64,000 bases of DNA from Kudoa neothunni (Eukaryota; Animalia; Cnidaria): assembly GCA_964304625.1 (NCBI GenBank), contig OZ199840.1:1256733-1320732 (forward strand), in the 5' to 3' direction. A program made the position numbers and the translations under genes. The stretch's first letter is position 1; every line of letters starts with the position of its first letter. The notes under the pieces are model-generated. The model saw only the letters and a list, made by a program, of their open reading frames with translations. It ran no database searches and had not been told where the DNA came from. Below, piece by piece: positions 1-15,579 of the stretch.

Positions 1-1
1 A

Positions 2-3000
2 TCATTCTTCACGATATTGAGATCTAGAACGATGTTTCATTTTATCGATACGTAATCTGAATTTATTTTTTGGACGAGAACTTATTCCTTGAGGGACAGT
101 TATATTGTCTTGAGAAGCGATAGATCCACTTCCACTAACACCGGATCGAACATTGGTGCCACTCATATCATCCATGATAAAAGGTATAGTTGTGCTCTGA
201 TGTTCTTCTTTAGGATCGATAAACAGATTCTGAAGCATGCTTGGATCATGAGTAGCATGGGTATTGGCGGGTTTTCTTGATTTTTTTGAAACCGATCCAA
301 AGCTACTACCAGTACCGGATCTCTTTCGTTGGTCGCACTAATATATAGATAATAATGGAAATGCTCACTAATAGAAGACAGTTACAAATACTTTCGACTT
401 GAATTTGGAGGTTTTTGTACCTAAAGCACTGCCATGCTCCGGCTCGACCTGTTCGGTGTAGCTAGTAATAGAGCCAGATTTTTGTCTCCTACATACGTGA
501 AAAAATCAGTATTTATTATTAATTGTCGTATAATAGTGTAAATAAGTTGGTTATTTAAGAACGTACGTTTCAACAATGCTACCTGATGGGTAAACCCCGG
601 TTGCCATATCTGACGCTGCACTATGTTTCCTTTCTTTTGAGCCTTGAGATAAATTAAAGTTAGATCTATTATCAGAGTAGAGAAACTTTTACCCACCTTT
701 AGATATTGAGTTTGAAGCAGTTCTCTAATTTTTGTAATAAATAAACATCGAAATTGTATTTATTAAATTAGTACATTGTTTAGAGTCGGATTATCAAATC
801 CGATTTCACCACCACCTGCAGCTTGACTTTGTGAGATCCTATCGAGAGTAACTAATTTGTTTTAAAAATCGAAAAATTTGATACGCCGTGGTGAATTTTT
901 CGAGTGGAACCTTGCACTGTAAACAGAAAAATGAGATGAATGAAACCACTTGAAACCGATTACATATTTTTCAAGAGAGGAGCGCATATCTTCAAATATG
1001 GTCACCATCTTTAAATGCAAACCGTAGAATTTGACATCAGCAAAATCTTCATGAAGAGCTAAACCGGTGCGTGTTTGTTGATACTGATCGATAAGAGCAT
1101 CGCTCAGTTGTGTGACGTAACTGGAGTCTTGGGGAGAATTTTTCACGTAGGAATCTATAAGAAAAGCTTCGGCGTATTTTGAAGTGCCTCCGTTGACGGC
1201 AGAATCAATAATTCCGTTGAGAAGTGAACACAACTCGGTTATGTTTAGGGCTGGAATAGATTCTACCTTGGTAATGCACTGCACAAGCGATTGGGTTTTT
1301 TTGAGTACATCCGCCACTGCGATTTCAATAGGAGATATTTTGCGTTGTTCAGTATCCACGATTTCGGCCCAATTCAACGGACCGGGTAGCATAAATTTGG
1401 TTGTATAGGTGGTTTCTTCGACCCATTTGTTCTACATAATTTTAGAAGTGATGATTAAGTTGTCGTAGACCTCAAATAACCAACATACCTTAACATCTTC
1501 TGTTGCTATTATGGGACGTTGCTTAGAGAACTTGGTGGTTTGATTAAGTTGATAAAAGCTAGAAATATAAGGCATTAATATGATTATTTACGACAATAGC
1601 TGCAATCACAAAGATAGATATATTCAAACGACATTTTTATTTACACACCTCTTAATTTGTTCATTAGCATAAGTGTTGTTGAGAACACGTGAATCTTCTG
1701 GCACTGGGGTAACTCCGGTGCAAAAAATCACTAAGAAATTAGTTATGCTAATAGCAAACAATTAAAATAATAATTTTTACATTGTTTATCGGAATTTTTC
1801 AGTTGTTCATCAACTTCCTTTGCAATTCCAGAAACTTCCGAGAGTGGGAAATTGGTTTTGAGGGTTTTAATTAGATCACCCAATTTCATAAAATTTTTTC
1901 CTCGATGAATAAACTGTTTATTCTACAAAAACCCACCAAATATAAAAAAATAAAGAATCAAACATACTCGAACCGCTAAATGAAATCTTTGTCCATAGAA
2001 TCCTACACAGAAATACTCTGGTTTGCATCTAACATCATTCGCCACACTGTGGTAGTAGTACGACATATTTTTTAATAGTTTTGATGCCATATCATAATCC
2101 AAGAAGACTTGATCATAGACTGGGAAAAGTTGCTTGGAGATTTCGATACACAAATCATATTCCTATTCGGAATAAATAAATGAGTCAAATAGAATTACCA
2201 GTGGAGAGAAATAAAAACGATAAATTCTGATACATTATCATTGGAGATCATTTCAATTGCTTGCATCATGATTTTGGCTTTTCTATTGTATTCTTTCTCT
2301 TCAGGATATTCATCAGTGGGTGGGAGCATCTCATCATACCACTCTAATAGTTTTGCATGTTCCAAAAAGCTACATCCAGCTTCAAGATAAAACTGTTGAG
2401 AGATAAGATGATTGGCTAGCTTGTGAATATTTCTTATGAAAAGATCATAACGTTCAATTGATTTGAAATAGAAAGCATTGATATAATAGCACATGTCTTT
2501 GAGGATAGTGGAACCTTCGCCGGCACTATCACCATACCGGAAATCGGAGAGTTGAAGCAACGTAGTGTTGAGTTGGGTGGCAGTTTGGGCATAGTTTTTG
2601 CGACATTCGTCATCAGCAATCTCCACCACCAGTCTTTTAGTCTCTTCAATAAAGTGAGATATGTAGTCCATTATATTGGGACAATTCTCCAGATACACAT
2701 CGAACGCATCGATAATAATATTTTTGGCTATTTTAAGAGCCTCCAGATCGTGAGAAATTCTTGAAAAGGTCACAGTAATCAATTTTAATGATTCACGTCT
2801 GACATTTTGATTATCGATCATCGTAATTTGGACAAATTTCAACAGAAAATCGTCATAAAACAAAGCTCTTCTATCACCAAATCTATCCCATAGCACATAC
2901 AACCAACGAATGACGTCAATGCGTGCATCTCCATAAACTTGATCAATGTGATCACGACGTTCGTTGATGAACAACTCCAACTGAAGTGAGGAATATCGAA

Positions 3001-6000
3001 GTAATTTCATAGCCAATTTCAACATCATGTTATGGGTTTTTCTGTGGAAAATGAGAGAATTTTCCACGAATGAAATTTGGCAGCAGAGCGTAAATAATTT
3101 GACAATAACACTATTTCAATTGAAATTCATTAATTAACAGAATATATCAATATATAAGAGTAGTTATTCTAGTTAAAGATAGTGTTTGAAAGCAAAGAGT
3201 TGAACTAGACTTGATTACATTATTTAAATAAAAAATTTAACCGGGAGTTCTGAACAGGTTTTTATGAATTTACCACCTCAGCTTGGTAAAAACCCAGAAT
3301 TTATTCCCTTAACTTGGAAACTAAATTCATGTTTACTTTAAAGTTGTAAACTTATTGAAATATTATTAGGTTACATCTCTAAAAGATAAACAATGCATAA
3401 AAGAAAGAGGCTGATAATAGTTTTATAGATAATTGTTCAATATTTATACCTAATAAAATTTAAGTATTTCTTCAGCATTCTAATTGAATTTAAAAGCCTT
3501 GAATAATATAACTTCTAAAAATTCCTTATATATGTAACAAAACCGCGTTATGTAAAAATTTCTCATATCCAATTTTGATGTCAATTAATTTACCTTCTAT
3601 CATCAAAAATTCACCCCTGGTAGAGGAACCTTGCCTTAAATCAATAGTTATATTAGAAAATTATGAACTGAAATTTTTTTAACCTACAGATAGATCTTTT
3701 AAAATTTTTTGGTGCAAAAGGAAAAAATACAAAATTATTTATTGTTGAAACCATCACATATTTAGATGGTACACTAAATAAATATTAAATAATTTTATTC
3801 AAAATTTCCCTCAATATTAGACTATTCATTAGAAATTTAACTAAGATAAAGAGATAAATAATTTGTGTAGAAACAAGTGTTTGAAACCGTGGTCACGTGA
3901 TTTTTATGTTAAATACTTTTTTAAAAGTATTAATTATTATAAAGATTTTCGGCAAAATATTGTTTAAACAAACGAGGCTATTTGTCTTATAAATAATATT
4001 CAGATGTCATTAATTTTGACTATAACTAATTAACGTTATTTCATTGCTTTCCCTTAGGGATCAGAAATAATTAAATATAGCAGATTCTAAAAAATTAAAT
4101 GAATATTCAGTTTGTGAGAAAGAGTTGCTCAGATCAAAAATTGTCATTGCAAAAATGTACACACCGTTTTATTTTAAATTTACCGTGCGAACAGTCTCTA
4201 CTTATTTAAAAACTATTCATTAAAGTAATTAGGCTACAAAAAATGCGCGAAACCGGCTACCTGCTAAAATAAATTTAATTCAAAACACACTGTTCTCTAA
4301 ATGAGTATTTATACAATTTTTTTGACAAGGAAGGTTTTGTATACGAGTTTCTACTGATATATTAAAATATTAATGTTTTCTATTGAAAAATCCTGACTAC
4401 AGACATACACTAAAAATATATGCAGCGAAAGAGATGGTTCACTTAAATATTCAAATAACTCCACTTACTTATAAATCGCATGAAATATGGAAGATATTTT
4501 GTAATTATATAATCTCGAAATTAAATATATGCCTAAGAATTAAATAATTCATGATTATTAATATTTATATGTTAACTAAAAAATCAAATAACTTTTAAAC
4601 ATGCCAAAATACCAAGAAAATCAGATAATACAAAAAAATTTCATTTATTTAGATATTTCATGATAAAATCTTTTTAATGTTAATATATTAGTTAAATCAT
4701 TACTTGAATTATCATATTATGTCTCAAAATTTATTTTCTTACCACAAACAATAGTTAGAAGAGTTTAAAATCTTACGAAATTAACAATTTGGTATATTTA
4801 TAAAAAAAATATTAAAATTAATGAGATTAGTGAGGATTACTGGCAACTTATGATGGAAGGGACAAGATTGTTTTTGGGAATTACACCATCTCTTAGAACA
4901 TATCGACCGAATTTCATCAATAACTGGATGTATTTAAGTCGTTCTTCGTTTGTGTTATTTTTGTGGAATTCCAGAAATTCATCGGTCTTTATGAGTTTAA
5001 AAAACCCAATCACTACGGACAAAGACGAAATTTTTGAGCTTTTGTTTTCATATATTTGATCGTTGCTGAGATAAAGGAAGATATATACGAAGAGGGTATT
5101 TTTGATCTGAGTGTGTTCATTTTGTGGGTGCTAATTGTAACGAAAACAAAATATATAACAAAACAAAAAAATAATGTGCGTATATTTTCCGCAATACATA
5201 CAATGTCAGCTTCCCATTCGAGAAAATGAATCAAATTCACCATGGGATTAAAAAGATGACTAATATGGCCGGAAATAGTTTTGAAATTGTTCAACCGCTT
5301 AAAAACGAACGGCACCACACGCAATCTATACTCCATGCTGTTGCACATCTCATCACAACTGATAAGATTGCAGATGAGCTTTTCGCCAAATTTCATCAGA
5401 TTTAGTATTTGGGTGACTTGGTCGCCTTCAGCAGAAACCGGTTGAATAATGCTTGTGAAAAACACATCCAATATCTTAAATAATTGATCCAACGTAAGAA
5501 GGGTGTTGCATTCGTTCATGATATTCGGAATCGTGGTCATCATTTCAATCTAGCATAATCAAGAGATTATTTCTAAAAAGCATAAAATCAATACCTTTAA
5601 CACGAAAATTCGACTATCCACACTGGAGAATTTCTGGCATAGTTTAATCATCAACTCAAATATGATAGATCCAACGGCGGAAGATGGTGTTACTTCGTCG
5701 CTTGCTTCTTGAACGTTTTGGTCGCCGCAGATTTTCATTATGAAAATCAACAACGGCAACGACTACACTCCAACGTGGTTAGAAATTACGCCGTATGAAT
5801 CAGTAAGTTTATTTTACTTTAAGGAAGGTTTTGACGAGTTCTCTTGAGTTTTTATTTTCCAAATCATCCATTTTGGAGAGAAGATTTACAAGCAATTTCC
5901 TACACAATACAGTGACAACCATAAGTTATTGGTTCACCAAAATCTAAATCTCAATTGACAAACCTGTTAAAATTAGGGGCTGAAACTTCATGAGTATATC

Positions 6001-9000
6001 TCAGGAAATTATTTCTATAGAATGATCTTTTTTTGCCAGATAATAGTGCTATTATTCTCAACTATTTAAAAAATATAACTGTCATGGCGATTCAACGTAG
6101 AAAATCTACAATAATAGTCAAAGGTTTGATGAAATCAATCGAAATGAGTTCTGTAAGATTGATGGAAGATACAATAATAGGAGAACTTAATCGAAGCGCC
6201 TCTGAGTCGCTCATATAGGTCAAATTTTCAAACACCTCTTCATAGTCTTGAACTTTCCATCTTTTTTGATAACACAGTAATGCCTGAATATTGGGATCGG
6301 TGGTCAACCCAGTGGACACCAACTGGGTGTTGATTATGAAATAGTCCTTTACATTAACACGCGAGTTAGAAAATTTGCTCATTGCGGCAAAACCATTATC
6401 TTGAGTGTACACGCTACGAAGGTATTCGGAGGCAGGAGGTAATGAGTTTCCTCCCTCCATTTTATACACAAACATCACATGTCTTCCATCGTTGATAATT
6501 GCGTCCGTGGAAGTGTCATTGATTTTCAAGATGGTGTAACCAATCACTACTGGATCTTTATCGGCTAAATAACACATGGAATTCAAAATATAATAGCCAG
6601 CACACACACACAAAATCAATTTACGTCTAGTTGGTAGATGTTGAAACACAAAACGAATATGACAATCAGTCATATCGTTGTCGCTTAGTGATAACTATAC
6701 AAATGCAGGTTAGTGAAAAATTCCAATGAACCGTCCGCGGACTAGGGCGGGTAAACAAATTCTACTCGAAATATGTCACAAAAGTGAGGATTATTGGCAT
6801 GCATCGTGACTGAGGAATAAAAATAGGATTGCGGTCGACGATCATCAGTGACATAAAGACAATTCTAAAATAAAAGCCATCAAGAAATTTAGTTAAACTC
6901 TACCTAGTCGATAAATCAACCGGTATCTTTATAGAAATAAACCTCTAAAAGATTTCCAGATGAATCATGTACAGACACTTGCACAGAAACATTTAACTTG
7001 GAGCTACGCTGATCTAGTATTTTTCCATTTATTAATTAAAAAATCATCAACTATAAAGGTAATAGAGACTTTTTTCAAGAAAAAATTCTTTCAAACTAAT
7101 ATAGAGATCGCATCTGTGTAGGCCACATTCTAAAAGGGAATTGAATGGTTCCAAAATGATTGAAGGAAACAGTGATTCTCGCGGGTAATAACACTTTAAA
7201 TGCAGCTCATTATTTCTTATGTCTATTTCTAACCTTTTTTACTTACCAAACTACAATCGCACATGGATATAGCGAGGTTTTGTGGGGCCGACGAAAAACC
7301 TCGCAGTACCCATGACTTGCTGGTGCGCGTTAGGGGAGAAAGTTATTTTATTTGTTTTACATTATTGAAAATTAAACGTTTTTAGTTTATTTGAACAAAT
7401 AAGGCTTCAATGGTTTGAGATATGTAAACGAACAATTTAGCTAAACCAAATAATTGACTACCAATCGAAATCAACTGTAATATTTACACCTCTTATAGTA
7501 AACCTAAAATATTAATATTTTTTGTTTAAACAGTCTAGATTTGAAATAAATATTTATCTTTTAGAACATTTTTTGATCTAAAAACATAAAAGTATTCTTC
7601 TAAAAGGCAGATATTATCTAAGCTTATCTTCCAACTTTTTAAAGTATAAGGATGATCGGTACTGAAAAAATCATTTATAAATTAATAAAATCCGATTTTA
7701 TTTTAATAAAAAAACTTTTATTGATTTTATATGAAAATATTTTTATGTTTTTAGCAATTTGTAAATGAGATAATTATTTTTTAATCCTCCCTTCAATTTT
7801 TATTATAAACTGAGATGTAATTAAGGCTAAAAATATTCAAAACCAATACAAATCTAAAAATTAATATTTTAAAAGAAAATTACTTCGATTATAGTATACT
7901 TGATGATTTTTAATAATCTTAATTTAATCAATAATCATTATTGTGAGGTTTCTACGATAAAATTTTCATCGACAATATGATTATTCATCTTTATAACGAT
8001 AAAATAGTTTCTATATAAAAATTATCATATTTTTATTACTACAGGTTCCATATATATATATATATATATTTAAGTTGGAGAAACCCATAGAAACTGATTT
8101 TTTAGTAAACTCAAAACTTGAGAGATAAGATTATGATTAAAATAATATAAATAAATATTTACTGAACGATTTTTCGCAAATTTTTAATTAAAAAAATAAA
8201 AAGTGTTCATTATATTAGACAAAAATTAACATTTTCATACGGAAAACAGCATTAGCTAGTATAATGACCCGCGAGGGTGACCCCAACCAACAAAAAATGA
8301 TACCCAGGGTCGTAACTTCGGGAAATTTGGTCGGCCGAATAAGACACAATGACGATGTGAACAGAGACGTATTTTCTCTTTTTAACTATATTTTATGCAC
8401 ACACGAAATTAAAATTTGAATTTATCGGTAGACTTTGGCCAGAAATTATTCGGAACAATCCTCGCGGTAATTACAATTTTGAACTACATTTAAAAATATA
8501 CTAAATCGTTTAAATCATAACGTACCTAACGATAAATCTAATAATACAACTCAATTTAAATAATTTGCATTTGATAATTATTTAATCGATTTTCTTTGGT
8601 AATAAAATAAAAATGTATAACCAACTTTTAAAATCACATTGAATATAATTATCGCGAGAATTAAGCCAGATTAATTTAACCAAAGGTCACATCAATAATT
8701 ATTAAAATCATACATAAGATATAGAACCGTTGATATATTTAATTTTGAGGTAAATTTCTATTATGGAAAAAATTTAAAAAACAAACCATAAAATTCAATT
8801 ACGATAGACCACAGTCTTGAGTTGTTTGTTCAATAGAAAATTTTCGATATCACCATAATCTGAGGTTGGTATACTAGAAATTAATGATAAATGACAAATG
8901 GAGACTAATTTCAACAAATAATTTAACATATGCCAGCATACAAAATTAACAGATAAAAGATTAATTCATTAAATTAGTTGGTAAAATAAAATCCATTTGG

Positions 9001-12000
9001 ACATCGAACAAAATGTTGACGCATAAAAATGTACGTAAGTTAACAAAGATCGCAATTTTGATTTCCTACTATTTCACATTAATATATCGGCAATTTAGAA
9101 TGTCAACATTTTTTTAATGATATCAGGAAATAATTATAATTTTCTGATATGCTTCAAAGTAATAAAGTAAAATTGGGTACATTAAGAGTACAGATTTTTT
9201 AATATTCTAAAACAACTTGATATGACGTATACATTTTCGAAAATACTTTTTATCGGCATTCACTTTTCAGCAGAAGGGGTTTTAAATATATAATTCCAAG
9301 CTGTTTCTAACAAAGAGATTTTACAACCATAAAATATTTTCGTCTACTGTATACTATATGGTTTTGCAGAAAGAATCATTAGAATTCAATGTGAAATATT
9401 TTTATCGAATATATTTGGATACCAATTTAATGTATCTGTAAAGATATAAAAAATATGAATTCACTCTTTCCGAAAGGCATCAGTTACAAATCCTCTCTTG
9501 GGGCCACAGCCCATCTAAGGTGCTTTTAATTGGCGCGAAAAACGATATAAAATTCAAAAAGATTTAGACATAATATCATTAAATAGTTTAACACATCTTT
9601 TTAATCAAATTAAAAATTATTCGCAATGCTTAAACTCCATAAACCAAAAAAATTAATATCACGATTCTTTTAATTGAGTTAGCCCTAAATGATTCTAAAA
9701 TAAGGATATTGATATGTTAACCCTATAAATGTATAGATCACAAAATAGAAAATAGATTTTTACATAAACATTTGTTGATAAGCTTTAAAAAAAGGATTGT
9801 ATTTTTCAACAAACATTTTAATCTTTATTATTATTATTGTCACATTTCGATTATTTTTTGTTTATTACGGATTCTTTACTTTAAAGATTAATTTTATCAT
9901 TAAATTCTAACATTTGGTAATAAATCCAACTAATTGTGAGTTGAAAAATAAAATGATTTAACATTTATTTACAAAGGCTATTAGCAGGTTAAAATGTAAC
10001 CCTAACCTGCTTGTGCGCATGCGCGATGAATTTTTTAAACTTAGTTGCTCTTGTTTCCTAACTAAATGCAGATTGAATTATTTAAAATCCAATATATATC
10101 AATATTTCTGACTCATTGCATCGCGCATTGGGGAAAAATAATTAAATATAATCAAAACTAATGGCACCCCCATATTATTTACCATGTCAATAGCCACAAA
10201 AATATTTAATGCCACAAAAGGAGGTTAAGGTGATACAAACATAACCATTTCAACCGGAATTAGGCCATATGGCATCATTTATTCGATGGCGCATTTTTTC
10301 TCTTACATTCTTAAGTTCACAAATCAAATATTTACATACGAATACAATTTAACATGTTTCCATTAATATTGACAGATTTTATTATATCTCAGGCTTTATA
10401 TATAGATAAGTAGAGAAGAAATCATGTAATTGATAATGATTAATCGATAATTTTCGTATCAACATAAAATAGTTAATATATGCCTTATTAACACAAAAAA
10501 TCTATATTTATATATAATTGCTCAATAAATTTTAAAAAATTATATTAAAATATAAATTATTATACATGTCTAAATTTAGGACCAAAACAACAAACGATGT
10601 CAATATTCAACATGTTCCCATTATTTAATCCGGTATACATTGTCGACAATATACTATTATTATAGTGAATTTTACTTTATAAAATTAATTAACATATTGC
10701 TCCAAATTTTTTTTTCGTTAACATTATTTTTCGGATAGAAAAGAGTAAGACATTTTTAATAATATAATTTTTGACAAATCGTAGAGCTTTAATAAAAAAT
10801 GATTCAAATATTTTAATGTTAACAAAACCTGATAAAACTTTTAATCTAATTAACCTTCTAAATAAAATGGGATAGATTTCTATCCCAAGAGAATTTTACC
10901 AACAATATTATAATGTACAAATGGGGCATAACTCCTCTCCACTTTTTGTAATCTTTGGTAATCTTTTGTCTTTATGAAAATTTTCAGAAAAATGAGTTGA
11001 AATTTTTTTTGGCATATATCAAAAAAGTTAATGTAAAAACACCTTCCAAATAAAATTGGGGTAGAAATTTACCCCACATTTTTCTTTCATAAAATTAATT
11101 AAAATATTAATAAATGTGACTTCTGAAAATTAATGGATATTCTATTGGGTAAATAATGAATAAATAACGAAACATTATACAGGCGATGTCAGTCCGCACG
11201 CGCAAGTCGATATAAGCATGTCGTTCTCTTCAGGATACGATGTTAGCTCCTTATTCTCTCACTATTTTTATACTAGTTATTCAAGATATGATGGCTCTTC
11301 CTCAGTCTGCTTATTTCTACGTTGTAGAGAGAATTAAAATGACATATGATATAACTGTTCAATATTTTGACCAGTTTTGTGTTTTAGAAAGAGTTTAAAC
11401 ACATACAGTAACTTTTCGTGAAATAAGCACTGTTTTCCATCATTTCGTGTTTTTCTGTGCAGTTTAAAATAAGATAAATTAATTGGCTGCTGTTACAAAA
11501 CTTTAATTAAATTTTAAAACTAAAAAAACCGCAGAAATACGCCTATAAATACAATCATACTCCACGGAAAATGTAACATTATATGTGCACATGCGTATAT
11601 ACAACATAACTTTAATAATTGGTCATCTATTCAAAATTTATTCGATAAATTTTCCTAATATTTTGTCACTCAATGCTGACTTTTATTTGATACAATCTTA
11701 TTAAATAAAAAAGTGGTGTACATTTCTACCCCATTTTTATTTGGAGGATGTAAATTTTTCAGTTATTTACAAGGTTAATAACAGTATTTACAAGAGGTCG
11801 AAATGAAACGTATCATATGATTAAAATCATTTAATTTAGGAAGTATTAAATTAAAGTATCCGTTTAAAAATGATATTTTTCCCCTATAAATAAAAACTAT
11901 CGCATACAGAATACGCACTTTTATTTCTAACTTTAAGAGTTTTCATATAGCGTAATTTTAAATTATCAGAAAAAACTTTTCATAACCACATATAGCTATA

Positions 12001-13762
12001 TAGCTACTTAGTTTAAAGATGCATGAACGTTAGCGTTATCAAAAGCGATGAATAAATCATGTCATGTATATGTTAAGGAGGCGTATATTAAATTTAAGTC
12101 AATGAATTCATGTCAAAATAAGAACCTGAAAAAATTTAAAAGTGCATTTTCAGGGGGGGTTTTTCCACTTTCGGCATTTTTAATGAAAGAGTTTAATGTG
12201 ATTGCTAAATTGAATTGGATCAATTTGAACAACTATTTCCAACTCAACCAATTCAAGCCTAGCACATACCTCCGGCACAAACAAGCCTTTTGCCGTCATG
12301 ATCTTTCTTCTCCTCAACAATACGACCAGTTCGATACACTTTGCCAAGAAGAATCAATTTTCTAAACATATCTGACGCTCGTAAGTTCTAAAAATACAAA
12401 TATGTGCAGCACAATGAATATAAATTCAACACAAGTGTTAGTACGTAAAAGAGTGCCGAAACAGCCTCCTCAGAATCTGTGCCTGTGGATGATTTACTCA
12501 ATATCTTACCAGCTTTAAAATCAAATCCAACATGATCCCTACAAAAAATCAATCCCCAAATCACACATGTTTTCGCCGTACGTCAAATATTCAATAGATT
12601 TGTCACAGGTACATATGGCAAATATAAACGAATAGTTCGTGTTCACATTAAAATCAGGTTTCTTGATTTCAATATAAAAATTTGGTATTTTCATTTGCAA
12701 TTGGTCTTCCATTAGGATGGAACCTGATCTGGACCTACGATTAGTAGCTGACCGAACCTCGTTGGAAAATTCTGGGAATACACCACCGAAAATCTCATCC
12801 TGCTCTCGTGGATTGGCATACTTTTTTATGGAAAGTCACATGAAAATATTATACACATACGGGTGTAATCAATAAAAAATTACCAAATAAAACAACTCCA
12901 CTGCGCTGTAATAATCAAAATCCATTTTGACTAATTCATTATTTCGTATAATTTTATCCATATCCAGCAGACTATAAATTTATTTTTAATTAATTAACAA
13001 AATATGAAATAAAATCAAATATACTTGTCCAATTTATCCATCAAATGAACAAGCGATTTTCTCACTTCATCTTTCTCCTATTTGTAGTGGTTGGTCATTT
13101 ATATAGTAAAAATTGAGGTAATTAGGTGAAAATAAAAAAATTACAATAGCCAACGTTTCATGTATCAAAACAGAACGATCGTTAATTATTTCATTGATAT
13201 ACGGCAGTGCTGCATGGTACCTTTCCATTCTCGAGTACTATTTGAATAATTGGAAATTGCGTAGCTTCCATAAAATCACTTTATAATCACGAAGCAATGC
13301 TATCAAATATTCTTTTAAACGAGCGGAAGTCTCCTGGTAGGTACTATAACTTAAATAATCCACCCTATATAGAGAGGAGAGTTCGGTTAGATTTCAATTT
13401 AAAAACCACCCAACAATGTTTAATACATATTCAATTGATTGAGCTGATTGAGATGAACATAACTTTTAGGAATCACTCCAACAAAATCATTGTAACCGGA
13501 AATATAACCACAATACCAATCTGAAATAATTCGTTTAGAACGATACAGCGAAAAAAACCAATTGCCGCCTACATTGGTTCTCCAATAATATATGTATTGT
13601 ATCTCCCGGTTTAGTTCTCAAGCTGTCAGCCACATTATTGTTATCGAAAAAGAACAACACTAAACCAACCCCAACCAATCACATCAACCGCACAACATAT
13701 TTCGCGGATCTACCTGCAGCTGTCAAATTATTGTGTGATACATCACACCACTGATCAGCCAT
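2..13762 (-). CDS. Dedicator of cytokinesis (DOCK1-5 class) Rac GEF, multi-exon
   Basis: Spliced N-terminus MADQW...KPGDTIHILLENQ/YWYCGY...GVIPKSYV is a DOCK SH3 domain. C2/DHR1 exons lie at about 6092-7200 (RCDLYISL, HIRFVFQH, DGRHVMFVYK). DHR2 exons lie at 862-3067 (EYFCVGFYG, ISPIEIA, LNGIIDSAVNGGTSKYAEAF). The last exon (2-~338) ends in TGA. Large introns at 3111-4840 and about 7320-12268. Confidence 0.9.
8430..8690. mobile_element. Degenerate MITE/foldback element in DOCK intron
   Basis: Imperfect inverted repeats of about 43 bp: GACTTTGGCC...CTCGCGGTAATTA versus TAATTATCGCGAG...CCAAAGGTC. Confidence 0.4.
10854..11774. mobile_element. Non-autonomous piggyBac-type element in DOCK intron
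   Basis: TTAA|CCTTCTAAATAA ... TTATTTACAAGG|TTAA gives TIRs plus a TTAA TSD. Subterminal GGGGTAGAAATTTACCCC-type repeats at about 10868, 11057 and 11713 are shared with the element at 57278. Confidence 0.75.
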
Positions 13763-15579
13763 CTCTCATCTATTTTTTAAACAATCGTCAACAGTCGATA
13801 TCATTAATGTCACTGGGCTGATTAAGATGGCTCTAATAATTCTAATACTTAACATTTTTACCAACAGATTAACTCGCACAATAGCACATATCTGTGTGGC
13901 TATCGTATTTGGATGATAACGTAAAAATATTCAATAGATTGGAGATAATGGTTTGTTGGATGTGGAATAAATTTCTAGTTAGCTACAAAACAGTATATTA
14001 CAATTCAGGGATTAAAATTGATTAACATGTCATTAGAGGATTGGGAATATTTTCGATAACAACTCTATATCGAATTCTAATGTTATTCTGTCATTCATTA
14101 TAGTTTATTACAATTTATTTAAATTATTTGTGAAGGATAAAAATAAAGAATGCGATTTTTAGCATGGCCAAATTAGTTTATTGGTTTCTCCTCTAATAAT
14201 TCAATTTTAACGTTTAAAATTCAATTCATTAACTCCAAATGACAAAAAATAATGAGATTCGTTGGAGTACAATGAATGACAAAATCCGAATTAATTTATT
14301 ACCCAGGGAAACCTCTAACGACAAAACTCGCCCTGCCAATATCACACCGTAAAAATTTGGCCAAAATCTTCCGCCTTATCTTTATGTATGATGGTTTTTT
14401 ATAATTCTAATGCGTCTTATTTCATAACTATCAAAGTTCTCGTTGAAATGAATAAGTAGGTATTTTAAATCGAATGCTTTTTACAGGTGTATTTGTCGTC
14501 TAATTTTAATCGCATCATCTAAGTATATTATTATGTGAACTCTGGTTCTTGATGTTTTTGAACAGGTATGAAAGCAATACAGCAGTAAAATTCAATTTTT
14601 CGCTTATAGTTTTGCGTAGAATGTAAAATAGCGCTGCTCAAAATAGGTAGGTTGCTGTGCGGGTTCGTTCGGTGTTGGCATTCAACATGTTTTGTGCAAT
14701 AATTTTTTCAGATCTACTGTACAGCAATGTTTTATTAAAGGACGATCCGAATGGGAATTCTGATGTTTCACGATAAAAAAGTATACGCTATTTGATAAAC
14801 TGTCTATTTCCGATTTTTCCGCCTTTTGGCTCGGATTATCATTTTAATCGAGCTACTCTAAATTAATGAAACATTATGACTAAAACTATTTAAAAATAGG
14901 TAAATATGACGTATGCCATTTTAAAATATCCCCTTGATATTGAACAGCAATGGTCTATTTTTCATTGTACCCCTCCTTCTTGAGAGGTTGATGCAGACGA
15001 GCAAGTAATCCTACGTAGAGTTGAAGTTTGTCCTAGACTTCCTAGTAATCTCATTTTTTAATCCTTGTTAGTGGCTAGTTTCTTATTATAAATAAAAGCC
15101 AACTATAATCAGTCGCAAAATCGAAGGATATTTTTGCTTCATTCTCTTAATCCTGTGTTATTCCTCTGATTTGTTTTCGCATCAAACTTAAATTCAAACG
15201 TGCCAATGAATAATACGCATAATTATTCTTTAAAATGTTTGTACCTTTTCCAATTAACTTTGTATCTAATTTTAATTCATGTAGTTTTAATTAAATAATA
15301 CAAAATATTAATAAAATCTAATAAAAATTGTTTTCAAACTCGTTCGAATTATTCTTTTACTAAAAATAATGACAATATCATTATTAAATAATGTTAAAAA
15401 TATTAATAAAGATAGAATAATTTGTTAGTTATGGATATTCCTGCTAAATATGGTTTATAGAATCTTAATAAATCATTCTGAACAGGGTATAGGTTCATTT
15501 GCGTGTGATCCATTACAACCTACTACGATTTACACGGCGAGATTCAAGTCATCAACCAAACAAAAAATTTAATTGGGTT

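Noticed and set aside
9983-10011. TAACCCTAACC inside an AGCAGGTTA/TAACCTGCT inverted repeat, as a telomerase template or interstitial telomere
   Set aside because: Fewer than two repeat units, and no pseudoknot or H/ACA context is visible.
14815-14845. U2 snRNA-like GCCTTTTGGCT
   Set aside because: No branch-point recognition GTAGTA and no Sm site downstream; probably a chance match.
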